Positions 30,201-48,065 of a DNA stretch of 64,000 nt are shown in pieces (positions within the stretch are counted from its first letter, which is position 1; each line of letters starts with the position of its first letter). The position numbers and the translations under genes were made by a program. The DNA comes from Bugula neritina (Eukaryota; Animalia; Bryozoa): assembly GCA_964035545.1 (NCBI GenBank), contig OZ037771.1, forward strand, positions 9,986,480 to 10,050,479, written 5' to 3'. The notes under the pieces were generated by a model. The model saw only the letters and a program-made list of their open reading frames with translations. It was not told the DNA's origin and made no database searches.

Positions 30201-33200
30201 GTACTGTAACATACTGAAACATACTGAAACATACTGAAACAAAATGAAATATACTGTAACGCTCTGAGTAATACTGCAAAATGCTGAAATATACTGTAAC
30301 ACAGTGAAGTATACTGCAAAATTCTGAAACATACTGCAACATACTAAAACATGAGCAATATACAGAAAAATGCCTCAGCTTACTCAAATATACTGCAAGT
30401 CGCTGCAACATACATAAATACACTGTAACATACTGAAATACACTGCAACATACTGCAGCATACTGAAGTACACTGTAAAATGTTGAAATACACTGCAACA
30501 CTTTGGAAAATACTGCAACACACTGAAATATACTGCAACATACTGAAATATACTGCAACATACTGCAACATACTGAAGTGCACTGTAACATACTGTAACT
30601 TACTGAAATACACTGCAACAAACTGTAACATACTGAAACACACTGAAACATACTGAAACATACTGAAACATACTGTAACATACTGAAACACACTGAAACA
30701 TACTGAAACATACTGAGACATACTGAAATACACTGCAACATACTGAAACATACTGAAATATACTGAATTATACTGAAACACACTGTAACACATTGAAAAA
30801 TACTGCAACATACTGAAAGAAACTTCAACTCACTGAAGTATAGTGTACTATACGGAAATGTACTGTAACATACTGATATTTACTGTAACACACTGAAATA
30901 TACTGCAACATATTGAAATACACTGTAACATACCGAAATAAACTGCAACATAATGCAACATACTGAATTACACTGTAACATACTAAAATACACTGCAACA
31001 TTCTGCAACATACTTCAACGTACTGAAAGACACTGTAACATAATGAAATACACTGCAACACATTGAAATATACCGCAACAGACTGGAATATACTGCAACA
31101 CATCCAAGTACATCGTAATATACGGACATGTACTGTAACATACTGGAACATACTGAAACATACTGCAACATTCTGAAGTACACTGTAAAATATTGAAATA
31201 CACTGCAACAAACTGCAACATACTGAGGTACACTGTACATATTGAAAAACACTGCAACACACTGAAATATACTGCAACACACTGAAATATACTGCGAAAT
31301 ACTGAATTATACTTCAACATACTGCAACATACTGAAAGACACTACAACTTACTGAAGTATAGTGCAATATACAGAAATGTACTCTAACATACTGATATTT
31401 ATTGTTACACACTGAAATATACTACAACATACTGAAATACACTGCAACATACCGAAATAAGCTGCAACATACTGCAACATACTGAAATACACTGTAACAA
31501 ACTGTAACATACTGAAACACACTGAAACATACTGAGACATACTGAAATACACTGCAACATACTGAAACATACTGAAATATACTGAAATATACTGAAATAC
31601 ACTGTAACACATTGAAAAATACTGCAACATACTGAAAGACACTTCAACTCACTGAAGTATAGTGTAATATACAGAAATGTACTCTAACATACTGATATTT
31701 ATTGTTACACACTGAAATATACTACAACATACTGAAATACACTGTAACATACCGAAATAAGCTGCAACATACTGCAACATACATAAATACACTGTAACAT
31801 ACTGAAATACACTGCAACATACTGCAGCATACTGAAGTACACTGTAAAATGTTGAAATACACTGTTGCACTTTGCAATATACTGCAACACACTGAAATAT
31901 GCTGCAACATACTGAAATATACTGCAACATACTGCAACATACTGAAGTGCACTGTAACATACTGTAACTTACTGAAATACACTGCAACAAACTGTAACAT
32001 ACTGAAACATACTGAAACATACTGAGACATACTGAAATAAACTGCAACATACTGAAACATACTGGAATATACTGAAATATACTGAAATACACTGTAACAC
32101 ATTGAAAAATACTGCAACATACTGAAAGACACTTCAACTCACTGAAGTATAGTGTAATATACGGAAATGTACTGTAACATACTGATATTTACTGTAACAC
32201 ACTGAAATATACTGCAACATACTGAAATACACTGTAACATACCGAAATAAACTGCAACATAATGCAACATACTGAATAACACTGTAACATACTAAAATAC
32301 ACTGCACTATTCTGCAACATACTTCAACGTACTGAAAGACACTGTAACATAATGAAATACACTGCAACACATTGAAGTATACTGCAACAGACTGGAATAT
32401 ACTGCAACACATCCAAGGACATCGTAATATACAGACATGTACTGTAACATACTGGAACATACTGAAACATACTGCAACATTCTGAAGTACACTGTAAAAT
32501 ATTGAAATACACTGCAACATACTGCAACATACTGAAATACACTGTAACATGATGTAGTACACTGCAACACATTGAAATATACTGCAGCAAACAGAAATAT
32601 ACTGCAACATACTGAAATGTACTGCAACATACTAAAATACATTGCAACATATCGAAGTATATCGTAATAAACGGACATGTACTGTAACATACTGAAACAC
32701 ACTGAAACATACTGAAACATACTGAAACATACTGTAACATCATGAAATACACTGCAACACATTGAAATATACTGCAACAAACTGAAATATACTGCAACAT
32801 ACTAAAACGTACTGCAACATACTGAAATACATTGCAACATATCGAAGTATATCGTAATATACGGACATGTACTGAAACATACTGAAACATACTGAAACAT
32901 ACTGAGATACACTGCAACATACTGCAACATACTGAAATACACTGTAACATGATGAAATACACTGCAACACATTGAAATATACTGCAACAAACTGAAATAT
33001 ACTGCAACATACTGAAACGTACTGCAACATACTGAAATACATTGCAACATATCGAAGTATGTCGTAATATACGGACATGTACTGTAACATACTGAAACAC
33101 ACTGAAACATACTGAAACATACTGAAATATACTGAAATATACTGAAATACACTGTAACACATTGAAAAATACTGCAACATACTGAAAGACACTTCAACTC

Positions 33201-36200
33201 ACTGAAGTATAGTGTAATATACGGAAATGTACTGTAACATACTGATAATTACTGCAACACACTGAAATATACTGCAACATACTGAAATACACTGTAACAT
33301 ACCGAAATAAACTGCAACATAATGCAACATACTGAATTACACTGTAACATACTAAATTACACTGCAACATTCTGCAACATAGTTCAACGTACTGAATACA
33401 CTGTAACATAATGAAATACACTGCAACATACTGCAACATACTGAAGTACACTGTAAAATATTAAAATACACTGCAACACATTGGAATATACTGCAACACA
33501 CTGAAATATACTGTAACATACTGAAACATGAGCAATATACTGAAAGATGCCTCAACATACTCAAATACACTGCAAGAAACTGCAACATACGTAAATACAC
33601 TGTAACATACTGAAATACACTGAAACATACTGCAACATACTGAAGTACACTGTGAAATATTCAAATACACTCCAACACTTTGAAATACACTGCAACACAC
33701 TGAAATATACTGCAACATACTGAAATGTACTTCAACGTAATGAAAAACACTGCAACATATCAAAGAATATCGTAATATACAGACATGCACTGTAACATAC
33801 TGAAACATACTGAAACATACTGCAACATACCGCAACATACTGAAAAACACCGTAATAAACTGAAATACGCTGCAACACATTGGAATATACTGCAACATAT
33901 CCAAATAAATGGTAATATACTGAAATATACTGAAATACACTGTAACACATTGAAAAATACTGCAACATACTGAAACACACTACAACTCACTGAAGTATAG
34001 TGTAACTTACTGAAACGTACTGTAACATACTGATATTTACTGCAACACACTGAAACATACTGCAACATACTGAAATACACTGTTACATACTAAAATACAC
34101 TGCAACATACTAAAATACACTGCAACAATCTGCAACATTCTGCAACATACTTCAACATACTGAAATACACTGTAACAAACTGAAATACGCTGCAACACAT
34201 TGGAATATACTGCAACATACCCAAATAAATGGTAACATACTGAAATATACTGAAATACAATGTAACACATTGAAAAATACTGCAACACAGTGAAAGACAC
34301 TACAACTCACTGAAGTATAGTGTAATATACAAAAATGTACTGTAACATACTGATATTTACTGCAACACACTGAAATATACTGCAACATACTGAAATACAC
34401 TGTTACATGCCAAAATAAACTGCAACATACTGCAACATACTGAAATACACTGTAACATACTCAAATACACTGCAACATTCTGCAACATATTGAAATATAC
34501 TGCAACACACTGAAATATACTGCAACACATCCAAGTAGACTGTAATATACGGACATGTACTGTAACATACTGAAACATACTGAAACATACTGAAACAAAA
34601 TGAAATATACTGTAACGCTCTGAGTAATACTGCAAAATGCTGAAATATACTGTAACACAGTGAAGTATACTGCAAAATTCTGAAACATACTGCAACATAC
34701 TAAAACATGAGCAATATACAGAAAAATGCCTCAGCTTACTCAAATATACTGCAAGTCGCTGCAACATACATAAATACACTGTAACATACTGAAATACACT
34801 GCAACATACTGCAGCATACTGAAGTACACTGTAAAATGTTGAAATACACTGCAACACTTTGGAAAATACTGCAACACACTGAAATATACTGCAACATACT
34901 GAAATATACTGCAACATACTGCAACATACTGAAGTGCACTGTAACATACTGTAACTTACTGAAATACACTGCAACAAACTGTAACATACTGAAACACACT
35001 GAAACATACTGAAACATACTGAAACATACTGTAACATACTGAAACACACTGAAACATACTGAAACATACTGAGACATACTGAAATACACTGCAACACATT
35101 GAAATATACCGCAACAGACTGGAATATACTGCAACACATCCAAGTACATCGTAATATACGGACATGTACTGTAACATACTGGAACATACTGAAACATACT
35201 GCAACATTCTGAAGTACACTGTAAAATATTGAAATACACTGCAACAAACTGCAACATACTGAGGTACACTGTACATATTGAAAAACACTGCAACACACTG
35301 AAATATACTGCAACACACTGAAATATACTGCGAAATACTGAATTATACTTCAACATACTGCAACATACTGAAAGACACTACAACTCACTGAAGTATAGTG
35401 CAATATACAGAAATGTACTCTAACATACTGATATTTATTGTTACACACTGAAATATACTACAACATACTGAAATACACTGCAACATACCGAAATAAGCTG
35501 CAACATACTGCAACATACTGAAATACACTGTAACAAACTGTAACATACTGAAACACACTGAAACATACTGAGACATACTGAAATACACTGCAACATACTG
35601 AAACATACTGAAATATACTGAAATATACTGAAATACACTGTAACACATTGAAAAATACTGCAACATACTGAAAGACACTTCAACTCACTGAAGTATAGTG
35701 TAATATACAGAAATGTACTCTAACATACTGATATTTATTGTTACACACTGAAATATACTACAACATACTGAAATACACTGTAACATACCGAAATAAGCTG
35801 CAACATACTGCAACATACATAAATACACTGTAACATACTGAAATACACTGCAACATACTGCAGCATACTGAAGTACACTGTAAAATGTTGAAATACACTG
35901 CAGCACTTTGCAATATACTGCAACACACTGAAATATACTTCAACATACTGCAACATACTGAAAGACACTACAACTCACTGAAGTATAGTGCAATCTACAG
36001 AAATGTACTCTAACATACTGATATTTAATGTTACACACTGAAATATACTACAACATACTGAAATACACTGTAACATACCGAAATAAGCTGCAACATACTG
36101 CAACATACATAAATACACTGTAACATACTGAAATACACTGCAACATACTGCAGCATACTGAAGTACACTGTAAAATGTTGAAATACACTGCAGCACTTTG

Positions 36201-39200
36201 GAATATACTGCAACACACTGAAATATACTGCAACATACTGAAATATACTGCAACATACTGCAACATACTGAAGTGCACTGTAACATACTGTAACTTACTG
36301 AAATTTACTGCAACAAACTGTAACATACTGAAACACACTGAAACATACTGAAACATACTGAAACATACTGTAACATACTGAAACACACTGAAACATACTG
36401 AAACATACTGAGACATACTGAAATAAACTGCAACATACTGAAACATACTGAAATATACTGAAATACACTGTAACACATTGAAAAATACTGCAACATACTG
36501 AAAGACACTTCAACTCACTGAAGTATAGTGTAATATACGGAAATGTACTGTAACATACTGATATTTACTGTAACACACTGAAATATACTGCAACATACTG
36601 AAATACACTGTAACATACCGAAATAAACTGCAACATAATGCAACATACTGAATAACACTGTAACATACTAAAATACACTGCACTATTCTGCAACATACTT
36701 CAACGTACTGAAAGACACTGTAACATAATGAAATACACTGCAACACATTGAAGTATACTGCAACAGACTGGAATATACTGCAACACATCCAAGGACATCG
36801 TAATATACGGACATGTACTGTAACATACTGGAACATACTGAAACATACTGCAACATTCTGAAGTACACTGTAAAATATTGAAATACACTGCAACATACTG
36901 CAACATACTGAAATACACTGTAACATGATGTAGTACACTGCAACACATTGAAATATACTGCAGCAAACAGAAATACACTGCAACATACTGAAATGTACTG
37001 CAACATACTAAAATACATTGCAACATATCGAAGTATATCGTAATAAACAGACATGTACTGTAACATACTGAAACACACTGAAACATACTGAAACATACTG
37101 AAACATACTGTATCATCATGAAATACACTGCAACACATTGAAATATACTGCAACAAACTGAAATATACTGCAACATACTAAAACGTACTGCAACATACTG
37201 AAATACATTGCAACATATCGAAGTATATCGTAATATACGGACATGTACTGAAACATACTGAAACATACTGAAACATACTGAGATACACTGCAACATACTG
37301 CAACATACTGAAATACACTGTAACATGATGAAATACACTGCAACACATTGAAATATACTGCAACAAACTGAAATATACTGCAACATACTGAAACGTACTG
37401 CAACATACTGAAATACATTGCAACATATCGAAGTATGTCGTAATATACGGACATGTACTGTAACATACTGAAACACACTGAAACATACTGAAACATACTG
37501 AAATATACTGAAATATACTGAAATACACTGTAACACATTGAAAAATACTGCAACATACTGAAAGACACTTCAACTCACTGAAGTATAGTGTAATATACGG
37601 AAATGTACTGTAACATACTGATAATTACTGCAACACACTGAAATATACTGCAACATACTGAAATACACTGTAACATACCGAAATAAACTGCAACATAATG
37701 CAACATACTGAATTACACTGTAACATACTAAATTACACTGCAACATTCTGCAACATAGTTCAACGTACTGAATACACTGTAACATACTGAAATACACTGC
37801 AACATACTGCAGCATACTGAAGTACACTGTAAAATGTTGAAATACACTGCAACACTTTGGAAAATACTGCAACACACTGAAATATACTGCAACATACTGA
37901 AATATACTGCAACATACTGCAACATACTGAAGTGCACTGTAACATACTGTAACTTACTGAAATACACTGCAACAAACTGTAACATACTGAAACACACTGA
38001 AACATACTGAAACATACTGAAACATACTGTAACATACTGAAACACACTGAAACATACTGAAACATACTGAGACATACTGAAATACACTGCAACATACTGA
38101 AACATACTGAAATATACTGAATTATACTGAAACACACTGTAACACATTGAAAAATACTGCAACATACTGAAAGAAACTTCAACTCACTGAAGTATAGTGT
38201 AATATACGGAAATGTACTGTAACATACTGATATTTACTGTAACACACTGAAATATACTGCAACATATTGAAATACACTGTAACATACCGAAATAAACTGC
38301 AACATAATGCAACATACTGAATTACACTGTAACATACTAAAATACACTGCAACATTCTGCAACATACTTCAACGTACTGAAAGACACTGTAACATAATGA
38401 AATACACTGCAACACATTGAAATATACCGCAACAGACTGGAATATACTGCAACACATCCAAGTACATCGTAATATACGGACATGTACTGTAACATACTGG
38501 AACATACTGAAACATACTGCAACATTCTGAAGTACACTGTAAAATATTGAAATACACTGCAACAAACTGCAACATACTGAGGTACACTGTACATATTGAA
38601 AAACACTGCAACACACTGAAATATACTGCAACACACTGAAATATACTGCGAAATACTGAATTATACTTCAACATACTGCAACATACTGAAAGACACTACA
38701 ACTCACTGAAGTATAGTGCAATATACAGAAATGTACTCTAACATACTGATATTTATTGTTACACACTGAAATATACTACAACATACTGAAATACACTGCA
38801 ACATACCGAAATAAGCTGCAACATACTGCAACATACTGAAATACACTGTAACAAACTGTAACATACTGAAACACACTGAAACATACTGAGACATACTGAA
38901 ATACACTGCAACATACTGAAACATACTGAAATATACTGAAATATACTGAAATACACTGTAACACATTGAAAAATACTGCAACATACTGAAAGACACTTCA
39001 ACTCACTGAAGTATAGTGTAATATACAGAAATGTACTCTAACATACTGATATTTATTGTTACACACTGAAATATACTACAACATACTGAAATACACTGTA
39101 ACATACCGAAATAAGCTGCAACATACTGCAACATACATAAATACACTGTAACATACTGAAATACACTGCAACATACTGCAGCATACTGAAGTACACTGTA

Positions 39201-42200
39201 AAATGTTGAAATACACTGCAGCACTTTGCAATATACTGCAACACACTGAAATATACTTCAACATACTGCAACATACTGAAAGACACTACAACTCACTGAA
39301 GTATAGTGCAATCTACAGAAATGTACTCTAACATACTGATATTTAATGTTACACACTGAAATATACTACAACATACTGAAATACACTGTAACATACCGAA
39401 ATAAGCTGCAACATACTGCAACATACATAAATACACTGTAACATACTGAAATACACTGCAACATACTGCAGCATACTGAAGTACACTGTAAAATGTTGAA
39501 ATACACTGCAGCACTTTGGAATATACTGCAACACACTGAAATATACTGCAACATACTGAAATATACTGCAACATACTGCAACATACTGAAGTGCACTGTA
39601 ACATACTGTAACTTACTGAAATTTACTGCAACAAACTGTAACATACTGAAACACACTGAAACATACTGAAACATACTGAAACATACTGTAACATACTGAA
39701 ACACACTGAAACATACTGAAACATACTGAGACATACTGAAATAAACTGCAACATACTGAAACATACTGAAATATACTGAAATATACTGAAATACACTGTA
39801 ACACATTGAAAAATACTGCAACATACTGAAAGACACTTCAACTCACTGAAGTATAGTGTAATATACGGAAATGTACTGTAACATACTGATATTTACTGTA
39901 ACACACTGAAATATACTGCAACATACTGAAATACACTGTAACATACCGAAATAAACTGCAACATAATGCAACATACTGAATAACACTGTAACATACTAAA
40001 ATACACTGCACTATTCTGCAACATACTTCAACGTACTGAAAGACACTGTAACATAATGAAATACACTGCAACACATTGAAGTATACTGCAACAGACTGGA
40101 ATATACTGCAACACATCCAAGGACATCGTAATATACGGACATGTACTGTAACATACTGGAACATACTGAAACATACTGCAACATTCTGAAGTACACTGTA
40201 AAATATTGAAATACACTGCAACATACTGCAACATACTGAAATACACTGTAACATGATGTAGTACACTGCAACACATTGAAATATACTGCAGCAAACAGAA
40301 ATACACTGCAACATACTGAAATGTACTGCAACATACTAAAATACATTGCAACATATCGAAGTATATCGTAATAAACAGACATGTACTGTAACATACTGAA
40401 ACACACTGAAACATACTGAAACATACTGAAACATACTGTATCATCATGAAATACACTGCAACACATTGAAATATACTGCAACAAACTGAAATATACTGCA
40501 ACATACTAAAACGTACTGCAACATACTGAAATACATTGCAACATATCGAAGTATATCGTAATATACGGACATGTACTGAAACATACTGAAACATACTGAA
40601 ACATACTGAGATACACTGCAACATACTGCAACATACTGAAATACACTGTAACATGATGAAATACACTGCAACACATTGAAATATACTGCAACAAACTGAA
40701 ATATACTGCAACATACTGAAACGTACTGCAACATACTGAAATACATTGCAACATATCGAAGTATGTCGTAATATACGGACATGTACTGTAACATACTGAA
40801 ACACACTGAAACATACTGAAACATACTGAAATATACTGAAATATACTGAAATACACTGTAACACATTGAAAAATACTGCAACATACTGAAAGACACTTCA
40901 ACTCACTGAAGTATAGTGTAATATACGGAAATGTACTGTAACATACTGATAATTACTGCAACACACTGAAATATACTGCAACATACTGAAATACACTGTA
41001 ACATACCGAAATAAACTGCAACATAATGCAACATACTGAATTACACTGTAACATACTAAATTACACTGCAACATTCTGCAACATAGTTCAACGTACTGAA
41101 TACACTGTAACATAATGAAATACACTGCAACATACTGCAACATACTGAAGTACACTGTAAAATACTAAAATACACTGCAACACATTGGAATATACTGCAA
41201 CACACTGAAATATACTGTAACATACTGAAACATGAGCAATATACTGAAAGATGCCTCAACATACTCAAATACACTGCAAGAAACTGCAACATACGTAAAT
41301 ACACTGTAACATACTGAAATACACTGAAACATACTGCAACATACTGAAGTACACTGTGAAATATTCAAATACACTCCAACACTTTGAAATACACCGCAAC
41401 ACACTGAAATATACTGCAACATACTGAAATGTACTTCAACGTAATGAAAAACACTGCAACATATCAAAGTATATCGTAATATACAGCCATGCACTGTAAC
41501 ATACTGAAACATACTGAATCATACTGCAACATACCGCAACATACTGAAAAGCACCGTAACAAACTGAAATACGCTGCAACACATTGGAATATACTGCAAT
41601 ATATCCAAATAAATGGTAATATACTGAAATATACTGAAATACACTGTAACACATTGAAAAATACTGCAACATACTGAAACACACTACAACTCACTGAAGT
41701 ATAGTGTAACTTACTGAAACGTACTGTAACATACTGATATTTACTGCAACACACTGAAACATACTGCAACATACTGAAATACACTGTTACATACTAAAAT
41801 ACACTGCAACATACTAAAATACACTGCAACAATCTGCAACATTCTGCAACATACTTCAACATACTGAAATACACTGTAACCAACTGAAATACGCTGCAAC
41901 ACATTGGAATATACTGCAACATACCCAAATAAATGGTAACATACTGAAATATACTGAAATACAATGTAACACATTGAAAAATACTGCAACACAGTGAAAG
42001 ACACTACAACTCACTGAAGTATAGTGTAATATACAAAAATGTACTGTAACATACTGATATTTACTGCAACACACTGAAATATACTGCAACATACTGCAAC
42101 ATACTGAAATACACTGTAACATACTCAAATACACTGCAACATTCTGCAACATATTGAAATATACTGCAACACACTGAAATATACTGCAACACATCCAAGT

Positions 42201-45200
42201 AGACTGTAATATACGGACATGTACTGTAACATACTGAAACATACTGAAACATACTGAAACAAAATGAAATATACTGTAACGCTCTGAGTAATACTGCAAA
42301 ATGCTGAAATATACTGTAACACAGTGAAGTATACTGCAAAATTCTGAAACATACTGCAACATACTAAAACATGAGCAATATACAGAAAAATGCCTCAGCT
42401 TACTCAAATATACTGCAAGTCGCTGCAACATACATAAATACACTGTAACATACTGAAATACACTGCAACATACTGCAGCATACTGAAGTACACTGTAAAA
42501 TGTTGAAATACACTGCAACACTTTGGAAAATACTGCAACACACTGAAATATACTGCAACATACTGAAATATACTGCGACATACTGCAACATACTGAAGTG
42601 CACTGTAACATACTGTAACTTACTGAAATACACTGCAACAAACTGTAACATACTGAAACACACTGAAACATACTGAAACATACTGAAACATACTGTAACA
42701 TACTGAAACACACTGAAACATACTGAAACATACTGAGACATACTGAAATACACTGCAACATACTGAAACATACTGAAATATACTGAATTATACTGAAACA
42801 CACTGTAACACATTGAAAAATACTGCAACATACTGAAAGAAACTTCAACTCACTGAAGTATAGTGTACTATACGGAAATGTACTGTAACATACTGATATT
42901 TACTGTAACACACTGAAATATACTGCAACATATTGAAATACACTGTAACATACCGAAATAAACTGCAACATAATGCAACATACTGAATTACACTGTAACA
43001 TACTAAAATACACTGCAACATTCTGCAACATACTTCAACGTACTGAAAGACACTGTAACATAATGAAATACACTGCAACACATTGAAATATACCGCAACA
43101 GACTGGAATATACTGCAACACATCCAAGTACATCGTAATATACGGACATGTACTGTAACATACTGGAACATACTGAAACATACTGCAACATTCTGAAGTA
43201 CACTGTAAAATATTGAAATACACTGCAACAAACTGCAACATACTGAGGTACACTGTACATATTGAAAAACACTGCAACACACTGAAATATACTGCAACAC
43301 ACTGAAATATACTGCAAAATACTGAATTATACTTCAACATACTGCAACATACTGAAAGACACTACAACTCACTGAAGCATAGTGCAATATACAGAAATGT
43401 ATTCTAACATACTGATATTTATTGTTACACACTGAAATATACTACAACATACTGAAATACACTGCAACATACCGAAATAAGCTGCAACATACTGCAACAT
43501 ACTGAAATACACTGTAACAAACTGTAACATACTGAAACACACTGAAACATACTGAGACATACTGAAATACACTGCAACATACTGAAACATACTGAAATAT
43601 ACTGAAATATACTGAAATACACTGTAACACATTGAAAAATACTGCAACATACTGAAAGACACTTCAACTCACTGAAGTATAGTGTAATATACAGAAATGT
43701 ACTCTAACATACTGATATTTATTGTTACACACTGAAATATACTACAACATACTGAAATACACTGTAACATACCGAAATAAGCTGCAACATACTGCAACAT
43801 ACATAAATACACTGTAACATACTGAAATACACTGCAACATACTGCAGCATACTGAAGTACACTGTAAAATGTTGAAATACACTGTTGCACTTTGCAATAT
43901 ACTGCAACACACTGAAATATGCTGCAACATACTGAAATATACTGCAACATACTGCAACATACTGAAGTGCACTGTAACATACTGTAACTTACTGAAATAC
44001 ACTGCAACAAACTGTAACATACTGAAACATACTGAAACATACTGAGACATACTGAAATAAACTGCAACATACTGAAACATACTGGAATATACTGAAATAT
44101 ACTGAAATACACTGTAACACATTGAAAAATACTGCAACATACTGAAAGACACTTCAACTCACTGAAGTATAGTGTAATATACGGAAATGTACTGTAACAT
44201 ACTGATATTTACTGTAACACACTGAAATATACTGCAACATACTGAAATACACTGTAACATACCGAAATAAACTGCAACATAATGCAACATACTGAATAAC
44301 ACTGTAACATACTAAAATACACTGCACTATTCTGCAACATACTTCAACGTACTGAAAGACACTGTAACATAATGAAATACACTGCAACACATTGAAGTAT
44401 ACTGCAACAGACTGGAATATACTGCAACACATCCAAGGACATCGTAATATACAGACATGTACTGTAACATACTGGAACATACTGAAACATACTGCAACAT
44501 TCTGAAGTACACTGTAAAATATTGAAATACACTGCAACATACTGCAACATACTGAAATACACTGTAACATGATGTAGTACACTGCAACACATTGAAATAT
44601 ACTGCAGCAAACAGAAATATACTGCAACATACTGAAATGTACTGCAACATACTAAAATACATTGCAACATATCGAAGTATATCGTAATAAACGGACATGT
44701 ACTGTAACATACTGAAACACACTGAAACATACTGAAACATACTGAAACATACTGTAACATCATGAAATACACTGCAACACATTGAAATATACTGCAACAA
44801 ACTGAAATATACTGCAACATACTAAAACGTACTGCAACATACTGAAATACATTGCAACATATCGAAGTATATCGTAATATACGGACATGTACTGAAACAT
44901 ACTGAAACATACTGAAACATACTGAGATACACTGAAATATACTGAAATATACTGAAATACACTGTAACACATTGAAAAATACTGCAACATACTGAAAGAC
45001 ACTTCAACTCACTGAAGTATAGTGTAATATACGGAAATGTACTGTAACATACTGATAATTACTGCAACACACTGAAATATACTGCAACATACTGAAATAC
45101 ACTGTAACATACCGAAATAAACTGCAACATAATGCAACATACTGAATTACACTGTAACATACTAAATTACACTGCAACATTCTGCAACATAGTTCAACGT

Positions 45201-48065
45201 ACTGAATACACTGTAACATAATGAAATACACTGCAACATACTGCAACATACTGAAGTACACTGTAAAATATTAAAATACACTGCAACACATTGGAATATA
45301 CTGCAACACACTGAAATATACTGTAACATACTGAAACATGAGCAATATACTGAAAGATGCCTCAACATACTCAAATACACTGCAAGAAACTGCAACATAC
45401 GTAAATACACTGTAACATACTGAAATACACTGAAACATACTGCAACATACTGAAGTACACTGTGAAATATTCAAATACACTCCAACACTTTGAAATACAC
45501 TGCAACACACTGAAATATACTGCAACATACTGAAATGTACTTCAACGTAATGAAAAACACTGCAACATATCAAAGAATATCGTAATATACAGACATGCAC
45601 TGTAACATACTGAAACATACTGAAACATACTGCAACATACCGCAACATACTGAAAAACACCGTAATAAACTGAAATACGCTGCAACACATTGGAATATAC
45701 TGCAACATATCCAAATAAATGGTAATATACTGAAATATACTGAAATACACTGTAACACATTGAAAAATACTGCAACATACTGAAACACACTACAACTCAC
45801 TGAAGTATAGTGTAACTTACTGAAACGTACTGTAACATACTGATATTTACTGCAACACACTGAAACATACTGCAACATACTGAAATACACTGTTACATAC
45901 TAAAATACACTGCAACATACTAAAATACACTGCAACAATCTGCAACATTCTGCAACATACTTCAACATACTGAAATACACTGTAACAAACTGAAATACGC
46001 TGCAACACATTGGAATATACTGCAACATACCCAAATAAATGGTAACATACTGAAATATACTGAAATACAATGTAACACATTGAAAAATACTGCAACACAG
46101 TGAAAGACACTACAACTCACTGAAGTATAGTGTAATATACAAAAATGTACTGTAACATACTGATATTTACTGCAACACACTGAAATATACTGCAACATAC
46201 TGAAATACACTGTTACATGCCAAAATAAACTGCAACATACTGCAACATACTGAAATACACTGTAACATACTCAAATACACTGCAACATTCTGCAACATAT
46301 TGAAATATACTGCAACACACTGAAATATACTGCAACACATCCAAGTAGACTGTAATATACGGACATGTACTGTAACATACTGAAACATACTGAAACATAC
46401 TGAAACAAAATGAAATATACTGTAACGCTCTGAGTAATACTGCAAAATGCTGAAATATACTGTAACACAGTGAAGTATACTGCAAAATTCTGAAACATAC
46501 TGCAACATACTAAAACATGAGCAATATACAGAAAAATGCCTCAGCTTACTCAAATATACTGCAAGTCGCTGCAACATACATAAATACACTGTAACATACT
46601 GAAATACACTGCAACATACTGCAGCATACTGAAGTACACTGTAAAATGTTGAAATACACTGCAACACTTTGGAAAATACTGCAACACACTGAAATATACT
46701 GCAACATACTGAAATATACTGCAACATACTGCAACATACTGAAGTGCACTGTAACATACTGTAACTTACTGAAATACACTGCAACAAACTGTAACATACT
46801 GAAACACACTGAAACATACTGAAACATACTGAAACATACTGTAACATACTGAAACACACTGAAACATACTGAAACATACTGAGACATACTGAAATACACT
46901 GCAACATACTGAAACATACTGAAATATACTGAATTATACTGAAACACACTGTAACACATTGAAAAATACTGCAACATACTGAAAGAAACTTCAACTCACT
47001 GAAGTATAGTGTAATATACGGAAATGTACTGTAACATACTGATATTTACTGTAACACACTGAAATATACTGCAACATATTGAAATACACTGTAACATACC
47101 GAAATAAACTGCAACATAATGCAACATACTGAATTACACTGTAACATACTAAAATACACTGCAACATTCTGCAACATACTTCAACGTACTGAAAGACACT
47201 GTAACATAATGAAATACACTGCAACACATTGAAATATACCGCAACAGACTGGAATATACTGCAACACATCCAAGTACATCGTAATATACGGACATGTACT
47301 GTAACATACTGGAACATACTGAAACATACTGCAACATTCTGAAGTACACTGTAAAATATTGAAATACACTGCAACAAACTGCAACATACTGAGGTACACT
47401 GTACATATTGAAAAACACTGCAACACACTGAAATATACTGCAACACACTGAAATATACTGCGAAATACTGAATTATACTTCAACATACTGCAACATACTG
47501 AAAGACACTACAACTCACTGAAGTATAGTGCAATATACAGAAATGTACTCTAACATACTGATATTTATTGTTACACACTGAAATATACTACAACATACTG
47601 AAATACACTGCAACATACCGAAATAAGCTGCAACATACTGCAACATACTGAAATACACTGTAACAAACTGTAACATACTGAAACACACTGAAACATACTG
47701 AGACATACTGAAATACACTGCAACATACTGAAACATACTGAAATATACTGAAATATACTGAAATACACTGTAACACATTGAAAAATACTGCAACATACTG
47801 AAAGACACTTCAACTCACTGAAGTATAGTGTAATATACAGAAATGTACTCTAACATACTGATATTTATTGTTACACACTGAAATATACTACAACATACTG
47901 AAATACACTGTAACATACCGAAATAAGCTGCAACATACTGCAACATACATAAATACACTGTAACATACTGAAATACACTGCAACATACTGCAGCATACTG
48001 AAGTACACTGTAAAATGTTGAAATACACTGCAGCACTTTGCAATATACTGCAACACACTGAAATA
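27220..48065 (+). repeat. nested HOR block: ~8.7-kb segment (~27220-35935) duplicated at ~39240-48065, with internal ~4.3-kb and ~3.3-kb periods
   Basis: Offsets are 12020 (27273/39293, 29836/41856, 32134/44154), then 11810 after a 210-bp deletion near 44930, then 12130 after a 320-bp deletion near 35090. Internal offsets are 4316 (27818/32134, 28878/33194) and 3318-3328 (35385/38703, 36510/39838). Boundaries are approximate. Confidence 0.85.
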
